From positions 32,001-96,000 of the IMG/VR virus record IMGVR_UViG_3300045120_000483: a stretch of DNA of 64,000 nucleotides; one strand, given 5' to 3'. This document shows positions 62,256 to 64,000 of this stretch, in pieces. The notes beneath the pieces are model-generated. The model saw only the letters and a program-made list of their open reading frames with translations, made no database searches and was not told the DNA's origin. A program made the position numbers and the translations under genes. How positions within the stretch are numbered: position 1 is the stretch's first letter; each line of letters begins with the position of its first letter. The DNA comes from a virus.

Positions 62256-62510
62256 ATGAAATCAACATTTGTACAGGCTCAAGAACCGATTAAACCGGAA
62301 TACCCTTGCTTCAAAAGGTTTTCTAGATACATGGATGGGGAATCGGAGGTTAGGCCGGGGGACCAATACATCGTTTTTTTTACTTCTCCGGGAAATGGGG
62401 TAGTAGTTCAGAAGAATGAAGATGTTGTGTTTTATATTGGATATACATCTAATTGTTGGATGGAATCCCGTTTTGATAAGGTTCACGGTGTTATCACTCT
62501 AGAGTTTTAA
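62256..62510 (+). CDS. hypothetical protein (paralog family A)
   Basis: YPC..YIVFFTSP..GVVV..YTS..W..F...G.I.L. Confidence 0.6.
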   Translation: MKSTFVQAQEPIKPEYPCFKRFSRYMDGESEVRPGDQYIVFFTSPGNGVVVQKNEDVVFYIGYTSNCWMESRFDKVHGVITLEF

Positions 62511-62589
62511 ACCCTTGTATGCCGCCACACTTCTAATGTGGAGAAAGCTAACTGGAAACATGCGGGTTCGAATCCTGCCAAGGGTGCCA
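62511..62589 (+). tRNA. tRNA-Arg(TCT) with absent or displaced D arm
   Basis: ACCCTTG/CAAGGGT+GCCA, CCACA CTTCTAA TGTGG, canonical T arm. Confidence 0.72.
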
Positions 62590-62593
62590 CTAA

Positions 62594-62669
62594 ACCCCAG
62601 TACCGGTCTTGTTTCCTAAACAAGATACCGTAAGGGACTATAGGGGTCCGACTCCCCTCTGGGGTTCCA
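62594..62669 (+). tRNA. tRNA-Arg(CCT) with absent or displaced D arm
   Basis: ACCCCAG/CTGGGGT+TCCA, TCTTGT TTCCTAA ACAAGA. Confidence 0.7.
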
Positions 62670-62693
62670 CTGTTAACAAAGGAAAGAGATTTT

Positions 62694-62894
62694 ATGAAAA
62701 AAGGAATCTGTCTTATCTATTTTTTGGGAGTTGTAGTAGTATTCGGCTATTCCTGGAAATATGATTGTGTTCTTGATAGTAGTAGTGTCTTTGTCGTCAG
62801 GAAGAGTGATCAAATTTTTTGTTCGACAGGAAATGCGTTGGCTTGGCCCATTATACTTCCCCTGAAGGCTTCGATTTGGGTTTGGAGTAAGTGA
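62694..62894 (+). CDS. small membrane protein
   Basis: Two hydrophobic segments with a WP motif. Confidence 0.55.
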   Translation: MKKGICLIYFLGVVVVFGYSWKYDCVLDSSSVFVVRKSDQIFCSTGNALAWPIILPLKASIWVWSK

Positions 62895-62896
62895 TC

Positions 62897-63214
62897 ATGG
62901 ATCAAGATATCAAAGACAGGTGGGTTGCCGCCCTCCGTAGTGGAGAATATGCTCAGGGACATACCAGACTCCGGACTGATGATGATATTCCAAAATATTG
63001 TTGTTTGGGGGTCCTTTGTCGGATCGTTGGGCTTCCAATAAGTGAAGATGGGATGTCTATAGACGGGGAGAAGTTTGGGGGTTATTGGGCTCTGGGAAGG
63101 TTTATGTCGAACGAACAGATGACAGTTCTTTGGAACATGAATGACGGATTAGATACTTGTACTAGGGTCCATAGTTTCGAAGAGATTGCGGACTACATAG
63201 AGAAGAATTTATAA
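62897..63214 (+). CDS. hypothetical protein (paralog family B)
   Basis: W..ALRSGEY.QG..CCLGVLC..MND..F.EIADYIE. Confidence 0.7.
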   Translation: MDQDIKDRWVAALRSGEYAQGHTRLRTDDDIPKYCCLGVLCRIVGLPISEDGMSIDGEKFGGYWALGRFMSNEQMTVLWNMNDGLDTCTRVHSFEEIADYIEKNL

Positions 63215-63300
63215 AGAAAGCTAACCAGATGGGTTCTGGACACGCCTGCTAAGCGTTGTGTCCCTGAGGGGGTGTGGGTCGGGACCACAGTTTTCTGCCA
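63215..63300 (+). tRNA. tRNA-Ser(GCT)
   Basis: Loop CTGCTAA, long variable arm, G73. Confidence 0.8.
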
Positions 63301-63317
63301 ACTTAAAGGATAGATAA

Positions 63318-63506
63318 ATGAAATTCAATTATGAACAGTTTGTTGTCGATATCAAAGCAGTCTGCGATCAACATGGTGTTGAGATCGCCGGTACATGTGA
63401 TAGTGAAGGAATCTATGGAGAAATTACCATAGAACGTAAAGGGGATGCTACTTATAAAGGGTGGAATGAACGTAAATTTAATTTTTCTGAAGGAACCACT
63501 CTATAA
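63318..63506 (+). CDS. hypothetical protein
   Basis: AAGGA RBS. Confidence 0.5.
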   Translation: MKFNYEQFVVDIKAVCDQHGVEIAGTCDSEGIYGEITIERKGDATYKGWNERKFNFSEGTTL

Positions 63507-63510
63507 TAAT

Positions 63511-63584
63511 GCGTGGCTGGTATATTGGCAGTGCCTTAGCCTTCCAAGCTTTTGATAGGGGTTCGATTCCCCTGCTACGCTCCA
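63511..63584 (+). tRNA. tRNA-Gly(TCC)
   Basis: Loop CTTCCAA, U73, CCA. Confidence 0.88.
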
Positions 63585-63618
63585 GATAAATACTCTTACA
63601 AATAGAAGGAAATTAAAT

Positions 63619-63789
63619 ATGACTGCGTTTGTTGCTGTTTTGCTTTTGGCCACCGTTCTGGGACATTCCAATGTCTCTCCCCGGGTTCATTCTACATCTG
63701 CCGTTCATGATGTATATGTCGGCGGTAAGTATGTTGGGTCTGATCCGGACGTGAGGGTCCGTAGGGAACTGGCCAGAGATCAATATTAA
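63619..63789 (+). CDS. small secreted protein (56 aa) with a G.DPD..VR..L.RD motif
   Basis: Read by hand; TAAATA, RBS and signal peptide. Confidence 0.55.
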   Translation: MTAFVAVLLLATVLGHSNVSPRVHSTSAVHDVYVGGKYVGSDPDVRVRRELARDQY

Positions 63790-63837
63790 ATAGCCCTGAT
63801 AGACGGCCCCCTAGGTAATAGTCTATCTCTAATTTAA

Positions 63838-63911
63838 TGTGGTTTCGTCCAGTGACAGGGCCGGGGTCTTTGAAGCCTCAGACGTAGGTTTGATTCCTAC
63901 AACCACTGCCA
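63838..63911 (+). tRNA. tRNA-Gln(TTG)
   Basis: U1 mismatch, loop CTTTGAA, G73, CCA. Confidence 0.85.
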
Positions 63912-63918
63912 TTTTAAT

Positions 63919-63986
63919 GCTCTTGTACCGGCGTACAACTTTCTTTCATACGGAAGGTTTGGCGGGATCGACCCCCGCAAGAGCTA
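63919..63986 (+). tRNA. degenerate CAT-anticodon tRNA-like element (reduced D arm, no CCA)
   Basis: GCTCTT/AAGAGC, loop TTCATAC, T arm GCGGG/CCCGC. Confidence 0.4.
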
Positions 63987-64000
63987 CGCTACCGTAGCCC

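Noticed and set aside
46700-64000. tmRNA, RNase P RNA or SRP RNA
   Set aside because: I found no GAGGAAAGUCC/P4 signature, no Ala-type tRNA-like domain with a tag ORF, and no SRP helix-8 motif.
48900-64000. Stop-codon reassignment or suppressor tRNAs
   Set aside because: No CTA, TTA or TCA anticodons were found, and core genes are intact under the standard code.
1-64000. Apparent excess of CCGG sites as a modification signal
   Set aside because: This is a visual impression only. It needs a k-mer count against a codon-aware null and may simply reflect CCG/CGG codon use.

Overview
This is a 64-kb segment of a large T4-like myophage genome. The host is probably an alphaproteobacterium (Rhizobiales-like secreted genes, class II RNR and ThyX), which is an inference. 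About 1-44.7 kb is a mostly minus-strand core. It holds nucleotide metabolism (nrdJ, thyX, PRTase), the T4-type replisome (gp61, gp41, uvsX, gp43, regA, gp62/44/45), gp46/47, gp55, uvsW, uvsY, gp3, spanins and late or virion-internal genes. Small plus-strand early islands and free-standing homing endonucleases interrupt it. About 46.7-64 kb is a plus-strand RNA island of roughly 30 tRNA genes mixed with small ORFs. The most unusual signal is a set of non-canonical tRNA-shaped RNAs among the real tRNAs: (1) circularly permuted tRNA folds; (2) a Lys(UUU) tRNA sealed in a 22-bp stem with no CCA; (3) anticodon-less RNAs ending in CCA, including a two-copy ~60-nt family; (4) tRNAs with elongated anticodon arms; (5) Arg tRNAs with a displaced D-arm. 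The same window encodes a small alarmone hydrolase, a GGQ mini release factor next to an ATP-grasp enzyme, a peptide deformylase, an RNA-ligase-fold/nucleotidyltransferase fusion and a Tat-signal protein carrying a gp23 capsid fragment. My working hypothesis (inference) is a tRNA-decoy and translation-rescue anti-defence system. All calls come from reading the sequence by eye; no searches or folding programs were run.
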